DNA of 64,000 nt from Candidatus Latescibacterota bacterium. GTDB taxonomy: Bacteria; Latescibacterota; UBA2968; GCA-2709665. Numbering within the stretch: the stretch's first letter is position 1; the number at the start of each line of letters is the position of its first letter. This document shows positions 20,745 to 33,088 of this stretch, in pieces. The stretch covers positions 128,001 through 192,000 of the forward strand of contig CAXXXF010000004.1 in the NCBI GenBank assembly GCA_963667175.2. Reading direction: 5' to 3'. The notes under the pieces are model-generated. The model was given only the letters and a program-made list of their open reading frames with translations. It was not told the origin of the DNA and did no database searches. Both the position numbers and the translations under genes were made by a program.

Positions 20745-23521
20745 ATGAAATTTGAGCCACAGATGGAAAGGAAGGCGGTCGTTAGCGCAGCCACCATTGC
20801 GATAGCCGCACTGCTGCTCTCAACGGACATCGTTACGTCTACCGTATATGCGTCCCCTGCGCCTTCGGATAGCGTCCATTTCTGTCTGCCCCTCGACTTT
20901 GAGGAGATACAGGCGCGCGACAGCATCTATGCCGCGAACAAGCATGCGTTAAACCTGAACGTCGGTCCTCCTCGCACGGTGCGGATGATCTAATTCCTGC
21001 CCAACGACCGCCCGTTCCGTGCCAGTGTGGTAGATTCGATGAAAAGGACCATTCGCCGGATTCAGACCTTTTACGGCGAACAGATGCAGGCTCACGGATT
21101 CGGATACAAATCATTTACCGTTGAATCCGATGCTTCCGGGGCACCAATCGTCCATCGTGTGGACGGTCAGCACTCCGATAGTTACTATCTTGACAATACG
21201 TATAGGAAGGTGCTTGACGACGTCGAACAGGTGTTCGACCGTCTTGCGAACATTTATCTCCTTGTGGTTGACAATAGCACAAATGCAATCGGGACCAGCG
21301 ATGGTCTACGTGTCGGTGGAGTAGGAGGCAACCTTCGGAAGATGAGCGGCTCCGCGTTGGTTGCCAGTGGTGTTAGCTTCAGGACCGCGGCCCACGAACT
21401 CGGACATACCTTCGGTTTGTCCCACGATTTCAGGGACAATGCGCACATAATGTCCTAATGGAGGCTCAGGACGGGACATTTTATCCGACTGCAACGCCAG
21501 GTTTTTGGAGGTCCATCCCTACTTGAACAACGAGATTCCGATTGAAGAAAACGAGGGAGAGGTAGGGCCTACTCGCGAACTCCTGTCTTCGCAGGAATAT
21601 CCGGTAGGGACAGGTAGCGCGACCGTCCGGATTAGAGTACGCGATACGGAAGGGCTTCACCAGGTTCTCCTGTTCGCTACAACAATCACCCCCCGTTATG
21701 ATCGTCAAGTGAAGATGTGTCGTGCATTGGAGGGCGCACATGATGCCGTCGTTGAGTTTGCCTATGACGGTGCGATTCCTTCACGTCCCGGCACAAGTCT
21801 TTCGAATCCCGATAGACATGAAATCCATGTCGAGGCCGTCGACTTTGAAGGAAATGTCGGTCATATGAGTTTCAGCATGATGCCAATACCACCAAACCGC
21901 ATCACCACCCTCGTTCACAGCCGTGAGGGATCTTTTCCTGATGTTAAGTCAGTTGCATTTTCTCCAAACGGCGATATCCTTGCCTCGGGTTCGGCGCAAG
22001 GCACGGTCAAATTATGGAACGTGGCAACACGAACGACTATTCGTACCCTGGAATATGACAGCGGGGTCGAATCTGTGGCGTTTTCGCCCGATGGAAACAT
22101 CCTCGCTTCGCACTCTGACGAAGTAACCTTGTGGGAATCTGCTACTGGAAAAAAAATGGCTACACTTTTTCGAACCGATGGCGGTGGGTCCGTTGCCTTC
22201 TCGCCAGATGGCGCAATTCTCGCTGCAGGGTCGCCGGACAACAAGGTAAGGTTGTGGGAGGTTTCGACACGCCGACAGATTGTCACGTTCATGCATGGCC
22301 AGATCGGTCCTTCTCTCCACACGGTGACGTTTTCGCCAGACGGCGAAATACTCGCTTCAGGATCTGGAGATGGGAAGATAAAGCTCTGGAGCCTTGCAAA
22401 TCACCAAGAAATTGCAACTCTTGACGCACATTCAGTTGCAGTCTTATCCGTGGCATTTTCACCCGATGGTGATTTACTCGCATCGGCCGAAATTACACAG
22501 GACCCGACTGACTACTCATGGGATAGTTCCGTCAAATTGTGGGATGTTGGAACGAAACGCGTCGTAGCGACCATTGAAGCAGATACAACAGCATACGGAT
22601 ATACATATTGGTTCAAGTCTGTGGCATTTTCTCCGAGTGGTATGTTTCTCGCCACCGGTTCCGCGGACAACACTGTAAAGCTGTGGGATGTCGATACACG
22701 ACGTAAGGTCGCCTCTCTGGGACACGCGAACCATACGTCTGGCGGCTGTATCGGTGGTGTCCACTCCGTCACCTTTTCACCCGACGGGGCGATTATTGCG
22801 TCCGGGGCCCATGTCGGAAATTTCGGAGGATCTGCAGGAGCTTCTCGACCCTGGAGGGGAGAGGTTCATCTGTGGGACGTGTCTGGGTTTGGTCCGGGCG
22901 TGCAGCAACCCACCTTCTCGCTTTCCCTGGACGGCGACATCGCCACCGGAAATCAGCGCGTTGACACGCTCGATGTTTCTGCCGGAGCGACCGTGCCGAT
23001 TCAGGTTTTCGCGAATGACGTACGGGGAGCAAACGGCATCTCCACGCGCTTTGAATACGCTGAGGCGCAACTCACCTATCAGGGATTCGATACAGGCAGC
23101 ATTCTTCCATCCGCGCAGATTCTAACGCAGAACCACACGAATCCGACTGCTGTCGAGATAAACGTCGTATCGTTCGGTGGGCAAGCCACGGCCGACAGCG
23201 GCCTTGTGGGGACGGCTCGTTTCAGCACAACGGACATGCTAACGGAGACGACGATTCGGCTCGTGAGTGCTGAAGTGGGACGGGGGGACGCGCGTGAGAG
23301 CGTCATGCCTTCTGATATCGGCGTCACCCTCAGGCTGGCTCAATTGACGCCGAATTTCAACGGAGACGGGAGGGTCGGTTTTTGGCGACTTTGTGGCGCT
23401 TGGGATGCACTTCGGCGCAAGCCGGGGCGACGCGAGGTACGACGCGAAGTACGATCTGGATCAAGATGGCATCATTGGGTTTGGCGACTTCCTGATTTTC
23501 GGTCAGGAGTTTGGTACGTAA
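20745..23521 (+). pseudogene. Secreted zinc-metallopeptidase + WD40 propeller + cohesin-like + dockerin-like protein, disrupted
   Basis: Signal-like N-terminus; AHELGHTFGLSH; repeated VAFSPDG..LASGS.D..VKLW; in-frame TAA at 20991, +1 shifts near 21456 and 23380. Confidence 0.85.
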
Positions 23522-23534
23522 GGCTGAAGTCTAG

Positions 23535-25425
23535 ACCTAAAATAAGCGAGTATTGATATTTGTTGTACAGAGCGTCAGAGTTGTGTGACGTTTTGTTTGA
23601 ATGCGGTGTATGTGTTGCGTATTGAGGTATGCGTGCGGTCGTTTTGGCGTTAGCGGAGCGTCTGTTGGTGTGTTAGAGGTGGCCGTCAGGGGTGTGTTGT
23701 CGGTGTCGGGTTGTGTTGTAGGCGTAATTGTCCGCTACGTCGTGGTGGCCGTTGTGTATGGGTTTGTATGTGATCAGGATTGCTGCGGTTGCGGTCATGT
23801 GAAGCCTGTGCGTTGGATGGTGCTCCAAGCGCCCAGGAGTCTATTGAGTGACGGCCGATAGCCGATGATGCGTATGGTGGTGCTTCGTGCGTGTTTCACG
23901 ACGCGACAGGGAAACAGGATGATGTGGTTGAGGAAGGTGCGAAAGTCCATCCGGATATATTCTCGGCGGTGTTTTATTCGATGCATCATCAGGGCGAACC
24001 ACGACTTGATGTTCCATGCCAGTGCGGCGATGACCATGTAGGCCCAGTTGCTGACCAGGTCATACAGGGGCACGCGCAGGGCATTGACGCCGTTTTTGAG
24101 TTGTTCGATGACGTTTTCCTGGTCGCATCGCTGGTTGGCAGTCGCGACGACCTGTGCGGCGGTGAGGTCACTGCGTGTGGTGATGTAGAAGAAATATCGG
24201 ACATCGTCGAAGAGGGTGTGCTCCCCTTTGGTCTTACTGATGTTCTTGCGTAGGGCCACGATGCGGTAGGATCGTTCGCACTTGCCGGGCTGATAGTCAA
24301 AGGAAGCCACGTCTTCATAGTTGAGCGAAAGCTTGAGGTAGCCCCGTTGCCTGACGATACGCTGCTTTTCATTGTCGCGCCGCTTTCTTTTCTGTGTCGC
24401 TTCAGGCCGGTGCAGGCGCTGCCAGTCGGCTTCTTCAAGGGCCTCGGCACGTGTTCGTAAGGCGTTATTGCAGTCCATCCCAAAGATAAAATCGACGTCC
24501 TCGGCCCAGCCATCGAAGTGCGCCGTCAGCGAAAAGTCCGTGTCGCCGCGCAGGCACACGCGCCCCACATGGGGCTTCACCAGGTCAATGGCCGCATCGA
24601 TCCAGGGGGCGGCCCCCTGGTGAGACGGCGCGTTGCCGGGACGGTTGACCACGTACAGCACCTCTTTGGTGTTGGCCAACGACACGATCAGGGGGGCATA
24701 CCCCCACACGCCCTTGTAGGAGATGTCCATACCGCCCTTCTTCTCTCCATACGTCGGGGCACTCGTGCCATCCACGTCGATGTAGGCCACCCCTGACAAC
24801 AAGTCGGCAGCGCGTTTGCACCACAGCTTGGGGCGTACCGCGTTGATGCAGTCCATCAGCGCGATCACGTCCGCTTCACTAAAGCGACGCATGAAGTCGC
24901 CCGCAGTGGTCGGGTCCGGGATGATCTCCGCCTCCAGGGCATTCATATACGCCTCGTCGTGCCGCAAACGCTCGATGTCCTCCAGACACGTGCCACCGCA
25001 CATCACGTTGTAGGTAAGGCTCAACACGTGATCCGACTCATGATACGGCAGATGCACCTTCAACAACGCCAGCCTCTCGTCAATCTTTTTGACCAATCCC
25101 AACTTCGTCACCAGACGATGCGCGGCTGTAATGCCGCCATAGTTCATCGCTTCTGCCGAGGCGCCCACCTCGTAACGCGCGTTACCGCTGCCAAACAACG
25201 GCCTGGCTTGCGCACAAAATCCACGCGCACGCCGATGCCGGGCACGTACACGACGCCTGCATTTTTCACTGTTCCTGCGACTGTTTTTTGTCGATATTCT
25301 TTTCACCGGAAAGGCCCCTTTTGTTGGAGTAGCAATTTCCCGACAGATACTGCTAACTCCCTATAAGGTAAGTCTTTCCGGTACTTTTGTACATAAAAAT
25401 CCGCAAAAACCCGCTTATTTAAGGT
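23535..25425 (-). mobile_element. IS1380-family insertion sequence
   Basis: Inverted ends CTAGACCT(A/T)AAATAAGCG at 23531-23548 and 25412-25429; CTAG probably the duplicated target. Confidence 0.85.
23795..25306 (-). CDS. IS1380-family DDE transposase
   Basis: PDPTTAGDFMRRF, IDVDGT, LRGDTDF, RCDQENVIEQLK. Confidence 0.9.
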   Translation of the reverse strand: MKRISTKNSRRNSEKCRRRVRARHRRARGFCAQARPLFGSGNARYEVGASAEAMNYGGITAAHRLVTKLGLVKKIDERLALLKVHLPYHESDHVLSLTYNVMCGGTCLEDIERLRHDEAYMNALEAEIIPDPTTAGDFMRRFSEADVIALMDCINAVRPKLWCKRAADLLSGVAYIDVDGTSAPTYGEKKGGMDISYKGVWGYAPLIVSLANTKEVLYVVNRPGNAPSHQGAAPWIDAAIDLVKPHVGRVCLRGDTDFSLTAHFDGWAEDVDFIFGMDCNNALRTRAEALEEADWQRLHRPEATQKRKRRDNEKQRIVRQRGYLKLSLNYEDVASFDYQPGKCERSYRIVALRKNISKTKGEHTLFDDVRYFFYITTRSDLTAAQVVATANQRCDQENVIEQLKNGVNALRVPLYDLVSNWAYMVIAALAWNIKSWFALMMHRIKHRREYIRMDFRTFLNHIILFPCRVVKHARSTTIRIIGYRPSLNRLLGAWSTIQRTGFT

Positions 25426-25478
25426 CTAGATCCTCATGGTGACTTGAAGTGAACATTGAAGCTCGGTGAATTATAGAC

Positions 25479-26873
25479 TTGAGTCCGATGCAAGTTTCAC
25501 GCATGAATCCATACCGCTTCGAAGTTCTGGTAATGTGGTCGCGAGCGGTTCCACAGTTCGCTCCGACAGCGGAATGCTCGGTTTGGGCGACGGATGACGA
25601 ACGACTCCTCGGTGTGGTAATCATCGATCTCACGGACCGGGACTACAATTTCGTCATATTGGCTCGGAATAAGCGCGGGCGCTTTCGTTGCGTGGACGTT
25701 GGTGAGACGTATTCCACACGGCGGTTGGCGGAGAACGCTCTAATCCAACGCATGCCGGAAGTGCATGCCAGCAAAGACATCGCTCTTGAACAGGGAGACG
25801 AAATCAGGAAACCCTTGGATTTCTTTACACCACAACTGCCAAACGATCGACTTCATCCCAACTTTCTGGCTCTCTTTGACGGCCCGGCGTATTCAGCCGC
25901 ACGCGAGGTCATATCGGAAATGGCAAATGTCTTTGAGGAGCCGGACGGCAATTTCGTTAAGGATTTTCAAGCCACGGGCTTTAACAGCCGCCTCTGGGAA
26001 CTCTACTTGTTCGCGGCGCTCGTCGAGGAAGGATTCAAGCTCGACAGAAGCCAGGCGCAGCCGGATTTCATCGCTACGACCGGCGATGAACGAAAAGTCG
26101 CGATCGAAGCGACTACTGTCAATCCCACCATCGGTGATGAAGGAAAACCCTTGGATCCACCACGACCAACCAGCTCTGAAGACTTGAAGAAGCTCCGACG
26201 AGATTACATGCCTATCAAGTTTGGCGGTCCTCTGTTTGGGAAACTGAGGAAAAAGGACTGGGAGCGCAGCCATGTTCATGGGTTGCCATACGTCATTGCA
26301 ATAGCTGACTTCCATGGTCCACAGACCCTGACTTGGTCCGGACCGGCACTGTCCACTTATTTGTTCGGGTTGGAAGTCCAGTTCGACCGTGCTTCCGACG
26401 GAAGCTCACCGTGGCACTATCAGCCAATTGAAAAGCATATGTGGAACGACAAGCAAATCCCGTCGTGTTTCTTTAACCAGCCGGATGCTGAGAACGTATC
26501 CGCCGTACTGTTCACGAACGCCGGAACTCTGGCGAAGTTCAACAGGATGGGTGCCCTCGCCGACTTTGGCGATCCAAATGTCCGAATGATCCGGCAGGGA
26601 ACAATGCTAAATCCGGAGACTGAGTCCACTACGCCTATTGAATTCACAATCGACATCGACGACCCTGAATACGGCGAAGGATGGGCGGACGAACTGCAGG
26701 TTTTTCACAACCCGAACGCTGTTTATGCGTTAGATCGAGATTTATTTCCAAAGGCGACACATCATCTTCTTGAGGATGGCCAGATAAAGTCATACTCTCG
26801 GCCATATAAAGTGCTCCAATCCGTTACGCGAACCGATGTGTTGACGACACGCTGTGAGAGATTCGGCGGGTAA
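25479..26873 (+). CDS. Hypothetical protein with PD-(D/E)xK nuclease-like core
   Basis: FNSRLWELYL...PDF...VAIEATT; start uncertain. Confidence 0.6.
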   Translation: MSPMQVSRMNPYRFEVLVMWSRAVPQFAPTAECSVWATDDERLLGVVIIDLTDRDYNFVILARNKRGRFRCVDVGETYSTRRLAENALIQRMPEVHASKDIALEQGDEIRKPLDFFTPQLPNDRLHPNFLALFDGPAYSAAREVISEMANVFEEPDGNFVKDFQATGFNSRLWELYLFAALVEEGFKLDRSQAQPDFIATTGDERKVAIEATTVNPTIGDEGKPLDPPRPTSSEDLKKLRRDYMPIKFGGPLFGKLRKKDWERSHVHGLPYVIAIADFHGPQTLTWSGPALSTYLFGLEVQFDRASDGSSPWHYQPIEKHMWNDKQIPSCFFNQPDAENVSAVLFTNAGTLAKFNRMGALADFGDPNVRMIRQGTMLNPETESTTPIEFTIDIDDPEYGEGWADELQVFHNPNAVYALDRDLFPKATHHLLEDGQIKSYSRPYKVLQSVTRTDVLTTRCERFGG

Positions 26874-26989
26874 GTGCATCTTTCGATTGCCTCTGTTGAG
26901 TGATAGAACCGAATATTACGTGCTGTCTCACTTTGTAAACATCGACGAGGGCCTTTATTTCCAATCAAGCGAAACAGGAGGAAACAGAA

Positions 26990-27559
26990 ATGCCTGGCAA
27001 AATACACCGCTTCTTGAATCTCCATAGCGCAGTGTTCCTACTTGTCGGCGCGTCGTCGGGTGCTACCACTAGCCACATTACAGGAACCATAGATTCAAAC
27101 GCGGCCTTAGGTCTTCTGGGCGTAATCTTCGGAAGTATTCTTACGGCATTTATAAGTTGGCTTATCGCTAAAAAGAATCGAAAACTGCAGTGGGCGCTCG
27201 CCGCGCTGGACAAACGTCTGGAAGTCCAGCAGGCGGCTTACAGTGAGTGGAAGAAGATCATGGGCGCCGTTTGTGGTGGAGACGAAATATTAAAAACAGT
27301 CCTCGAAGCCGAAAAATGGTGGAATAAAAACTGCTTATATCTTGATCCAGTGTCTAGGGAGGCATTTCGTGAGTGTGTTTTTTGTGTGTTCAAGTATCAG
27401 GAGTATCTAGAAAAAACTCACTATACGGATGTCAGGAAAAAGAAGAGGGAAATTTGGAACACAATAATGAGGCCGGGGCGGACCCTTCCAGAAGGCGTGA
27501 CATTGCGTCATTTCGAGAAAAAGGAACTCAGTCCCGAACACGCAAAGGAACGAGAGTGA
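26990..27559 (+). CDS. Hypothetical membrane-anchored protein
   Basis: AGGAGG RBS; TM segment LGLLGVIFGSILTAFISWLI; lower GC. Confidence 0.6.
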   Translation: MPGKIHRFLNLHSAVFLLVGASSGATTSHITGTIDSNAALGLLGVIFGSILTAFISWLIAKKNRKLQWALAALDKRLEVQQAAYSEWKKIMGAVCGGDEILKTVLEAEKWWNKNCLYLDPVSREAFRECVFCVFKYQEYLEKTHYTDVRKKKREIWNTIMRPGRTLPEGVTLRHFEKKELSPEHAKERE

Positions 27560-27917
27560 TTCAGGCCCGTAGCGAACGACAAGCCGACCAAACCGAAGTA
27601 TACACGCTCTCAATGACGCCCTTCCAGGCAACTCAGCTATGGTAAAACTGCGCAGGTACCAACGTGACCTGTCGAGACAGGTCCAAGATACCTTGGATGA
27701 AAACGGCAAAGCGCGGGTGATGATGCAGTTGCACACCTGCGGACGAAGGTCGGTATGGCTGACACATCGCAGAACACATACCCATCAAACCTGAAACATT
27801 TTCACGGATGCCCACGTTCCGACGATAAAGGCAGGCTGAAACCCCCCACCGGCGCGCCTGCGGGCTGGCGCCCTTGGCTTGCCGACTCCCTCTCAAGGGG
27901 GGAGTGACGGCGAAGTA

Positions 27918-29139
27918 GTACCTATTGACTTCTAATCCTGGGCGTGCTTATAGTTTGATGTCTCCCCTTAAGAGGAAGGAGCCATCGGCATGCCAAAGAA
28001 ATACGTTGTGCGTCTGAGTCCCGAAGAACGTGAGTGTCTGGAGGATCTGGTAAACAAAGGCAAGACGCAAGCCTACCGAATCCGGCACGCCCACATCCTC
28101 CTGAAGGCGGATGCGGAGGGTCCGGCGTGGCTGGATCGTCAGATCACGGAGGCCTTTTCGTGCAATCGGTCTACGGTTGAGAACATCCGTAAGCGTTATG
28201 TGTTGAGGGGCCTGGAGTCGGCCCTTGACCGAAAGAAGCGCGCGCATCCACCCACCGAGAGAAAGCTGGATGGGGCCAAGGAAGCCCGCTTGATCGCGTT
28301 GGCTTGCAGTGAACCCCCAAAGGGGCGTAAGCGGTGGACGCTGAAGCTGTTGGCCGATGAGCTTGTGGCCCTCGAGGTCGTAGACAGCATCTCCTACCGA
28401 ACGGTGCAGAGGACGCTAAAAAAAACAAGCTTAAGCCTCACCTGAGAAAGTGCTGGGTGATCCCGCCCGAGCGGAACGCCGCGTTTGTCGCCGCGATGGA
28501 GGATATCTTAGACGTCTATCAACGGCCGTATGACGCCTCGAGGCCCGTGGTCAATATGGACGAACACCTGGTACAATTGGTCAAGGAGACGCGGTTTGGG
28601 GTCGCAACACGTCCTGACAGCCCCCAACGCTTTGACTACGAGTATGAACGGAACGGAACCGCCGTGAACTTCATGTTCACCGAAGCCCTTTCGGGCTGGC
28701 GCAAGGTGAGCGTAAGACAACGCAAGACCGCACGGGACTGGGCACACGAGATCAAGGCGCTTCTGGATATACACTACCGGGAAGCCGAAACCGTCGTGTT
28801 GGTGTGTGATAACCTCAACACGCACAAGCCTGCGGCACTCTACAAGGCCTTCCCACCCGAAGAAGCGCGACGGCTGGCCAGGCGTCTCGAAATCCACTAC
28901 ACACCCAAGCACGGGAGCTGGCTCAACATTGCAGAGATCGAACTGAGCGTCTTGAGCAGCCAATGCTTGAAGGAACGCATCCCCGATATCGAATCCCTCA
29001 AAGAACAGACTTCCGCCTGGATGAACGATCGCAACAACAAATGCCAGACCGTCGATTGGCGGTTCACGACCGACGATGCTCGCATCAAACTGAAAAGGCT
29101 GTACCCAGACTACGCCGAAATTTAGGCGTCAATGGGTAG
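27918..29139 (+). mobile_element. IS630-family element with TA duplication
   Basis: Imperfect TIRs GTACCTATTGAC / GTCAATGGGTAG flanked by TA at 27916 and 29140. Confidence 0.85.
27990..29125 (+). CDS. IS630 transposase, orfA/orfB joined by probable -1 frameshift
   Basis: HTH orfA 27990-28445; A-run at ~28418-28425; orfB MDE, DNLNTH, WLNIAEIE. Confidence 0.88.
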
Positions 29140-29390
29140 TAGCGCAAACTGTTAGTTTGCGCATTGCAAGCGACTACATATCCACGTCACTCCCCTGGGA
29201 GCGCGGGCGTCCCGCCCGCACAGATGGCCTTCGGCTGCGGCGGGAGCATGAAACGAGTCGAGATCCATCAGGTACGTGACACTTAGCCGATGATCTGCTT
29301 TTCGAGCGGACCAACGGAAAGACAATACATAATTCAGGTAATAAAAGGAGATCTCAGCATCCCCGAATCACATATGGGAGGTTGTTTCTG

Positions 29391-30116
29391 ATGAAGAACC
29401 CGCGCGATGAACTTCGATGCTATTTCAACAGGCTGATTTCTCGCTATCAAAACATCATAAGCCTGGACCAGCAACTGAAAAGCATCGCGGCATGGGACTC
29501 GAACTCACAGTCGCTTGACAACATTGAAGCCTTCAACCTTGGTCACTATTTCTTCCAGCATGCCACGTACAGTATATGGCGGATTTTTCTCGTCGAGTTG
29601 TCAATGTTTCTCTCTAATAATGAGGACAGGTCGCTCGTTGACTGGCTGAAAAAGGCCAGGAAACACGCTGGGTCTATAATGCAGACAGGAGACTATTCAA
29701 CGCATTCCGTTAATGAGCCAATGAAAACCGACCAATATCGCGACATAATTGACTGTCAGATCGCTCAACTGCACGAGAACGAGAATGTCATAAACCGGAT
29801 TAAGGCGCACAGAGACAAAGCGATAGCTCATTTGGACAGGAAGTACTTCGACAATACGAATTCGATTGAACGCGATTATCCATTAAATGACCATGAAATT
29901 GACGATCTCATGGAGACTGTGGACGGCATCTTGCGAAAGCACTACAGATGTCTTTTGGGTGCAAGTGTAAACCTGGAAGTCCAGAGCTTTCAGAATCTCG
30001 ATACGGTATTGACATACGCACGGGCATGGATGCGGGTACGTTGCGATTTCAGCCTCATTGAAAAGGGCTTCCGACCTGTCGCCTATGTGCGGGACGACTA
30101 CAAACCGACAAATTGA
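29391..30116 (+). CDS. AbiU2-like HEPN-domain protein, copy 2
   Basis: RIKAHRDKAIAHLD; long identical stretches with the 18135 copy. Confidence 0.65.
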   Translation: MKNPRDELRCYFNRLISRYQNIISLDQQLKSIAAWDSNSQSLDNIEAFNLGHYFFQHATYSIWRIFLVELSMFLSNNEDRSLVDWLKKARKHAGSIMQTGDYSTHSVNEPMKTDQYRDIIDCQIAQLHENENVINRIKAHRDKAIAHLDRKYFDNTNSIERDYPLNDHEIDDLMETVDGILRKHYRCLLGASVNLEVQSFQNLDTVLTYARAWMRVRCDFSLIEKGFRPVAYVRDDYKPTN

Positions 30117-30242
30117 CAATGACATGCGCGACATGAAGGGAGGCAACTTGATGAACAGGATGGAGCGGTTCGCGAACCGCCCGTGCGCCGCTGTAGGGGC
30201 GACCGTTCCCCTGGGAGCGCGGGCGTCCCGCCCGCACCGGCT

Positions 30243-30533
30243 TACCTGCCGGAAACGACCCTTCGCCTGGTAAGCGCGGAGGTGGGACGGGGGGACACGC
30301 GTGAGAGTATCACACCGTCAGATATCGGCGTCACCCTCAGGCTGGCTCAACTCACGCCGGACTTTAACGGAGACGGCAGGGTGGATTTCGGAGACTTTGT
30401 GGCGCTTGGAATGCACTTCGGCGCAAGCCGGGGCGACGCGAGGTACGACGCGAAGTACGATCTCGATCAGGATGGCACGATCGGATTCGGAGATTTCCTG
30501 ATTTTCGGCCAGGAATTCGGTAGCGGAGCATAA
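30243..30533 (+). pseudogene. Orphan C-terminal dockerin-like (double EF-hand) fragment
   Basis: DFNGDGRVDFGDF...YDLDQDGTIGFGDF; paralogous to 23244-23521; no start. Confidence 0.75.
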
Positions 30534-30789
30534 CGGAGCAAGCGTTCGGCCCCAAATGATGTGAGAATCGAGACGTCTACAGAGGTGTCTATCAATCAGT
30601 AGAAAGGAGCGACGATCCGTGGATCGCCCTCCTTTTATCAGTTGAAACCGGCTTTCGATTACGGACCCGCGGAGTAAATCAGCGATGTCTGCGCCATATT
30701 GTGGGCGACTCTCAGAGTCGCCGCTACGAATTCTAAATCGGCGCTGCGAGGGCAAGATGCCCTCGCTCCCAGGGGTCACAATACTGAAG

Positions 30790-31045
30790 GTTTGAGATAT
30801 CGGGTGCCGAATCAAGATGAGTCCTGTTCCTGATCCAACACCTGAACAAATGCCTTGACGCCGGATACCTGGACCGCCGCGCGGTGCAACGCCTTGACTT
30901 GACGGATAAGGTATTGGGCAAAGGACGATTCGCGTATGAGATCCATAATGCCCTCCTTCAAGATGATGGCAGAGATGGTTTCCGGGCGCGTATACCAATC
31001 CGCTGAGTAACGACATGCCAGCCAGGTAATCGGCTCTTGCCGGCG
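30790..31045 (-). pseudogene. Fragment of an Rpn/DUF4351-like repetitive-family gene
   Basis: LAGMSLLSGLVY then frameshift to ETISAIILKEGIMDLIRESSFAQYL; bounded by REPs. Confidence 0.4.
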
Positions 31046-31753
31046 AAACCATGGGGCGCTCGTACGCCGCGTGATGTATTGTAGGGGCGACCGGCCGGTC
31101 GCCCCTACATCTGTCAAGGCATCAGCGCATTGACGTCGCGACGCCGAATCGTGAAACGGGTATTGCTATTGCTCTCCTCATCATACAAGCGCCATTCGCT
31201 CTACAAAGGCATTTCCTTACTGGAGGGCGCCCGGAGCAGAGCGCGCTGATCCGTCCAGCGACACGGTTCGATGTTCCTCCGCGCGTGTCAGGCCAGAGGG
31301 TTATGAGCATCCTGTAAGGGTGTTCGCGCTATGCCTGTGGCAGGCCCCACGCCCAGTGGCGACTTTTGGTTCCTTTTGGTCGCTTCAAAAGGAACACGCC
31401 GTAGGCAGGGAAATTGGGGAAAGGGGATTTTGAATTAGATTCTTGGTTTTGCTTAAAGCTGATTGCCGACGGCTGACCGCCGTTAGCTGCTTTTTGTTGA
31501 CTGCTGTCTGTCGTTTGGAATTCGCGGTGCAACGCCTTGAGACGTTGCGTGTCGTCAACCGCCGAAATGCGAGGATATCGACGGGCGGGCAGTACCTGCC
31601 TTCCAAGCGGGACTTGGCGCAGGCAGGGTTCCTGGCACAACGGCATCTGTATCTTATTACGGGGAGCACTGTATTGTTTACATCCTCCCATTCTTATTTG
31701 GTGGGCCTGGATGTCGACTATTTGCAATTCATGAAAATAAACGGAAGCTGACA

Positions 31754-32514
<761 letters not shown>

Positions 32515-32630
32515 ACTGCTCTTTCTGACCACTGGCCACTGTCCACTATTTACTGCTCCTGGTAATACCCTTTTCGCTTGACAGGATGTATCTCTTTGAC
32601 GTATTTTTTTATACAGATCGGAGGCACGCC

Positions 32631-32882
32631 ATGAATGGGAAAATCTTCAACGTAGACAATATGCGATTGGTACTTTTGCTATTGGCCATCTGGGGTCTGA
32701 TATGGAACTTTTCCTCCGGAATCAATCAAAGAATAGACAGATTGGAAGATAAGATAGGCAGATTGGAAGATAAGATGGAAACGAAATTTGATGCCGTTGA
32801 CAGGAAATTAGAAAGAATAGATGCACGCCTGGACTCCTTCGGGGAACGCATCGCCGCAAACGAAGCAAGACTCAAAGAATAA
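32631..32882 (+). CDS. Small TM + heptad coiled-coil protein
   Basis: GGAGG RBS; TM helix; 21-nt tandem repeat encoding IDRLEDK/IGRLEDK. Confidence 0.65.
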   Translation: MNGKIFNVDNMRLVLLLLAIWGLIWNFSSGINQRIDRLEDKIGRLEDKMETKFDAVDRKLERIDARLDSFGERIAANEARLKE

Positions 32883-33088
32883 AAATCCAAGACTATTGAT
32901 AACGTCGTCAACGGCCTGCCAGCAAAACACATTGGCAGGTTTTGTTATTCCCCCTCCGTTTCCCCGTAATCCTTGCCTCCATCCATCCATTTTCTTAAAA
33001 TAGCAGACACGGACCGTTCGCTCAGGAGGTCAAACGGCGCGTGGATTTCGGACCGTTTTCTTGCTTTTTCCGGTAACAGGAGATTTCG

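Noticed and set aside
23244-30533. Diversity-generating retroelement (RT plus repeated C-terminal segment as TR/VR)
   Set aside because: Differences between 23244-23521 and 30249-30533 are mostly synonymous and not adenine-specific; the RT lies inside a canonical group II intron.
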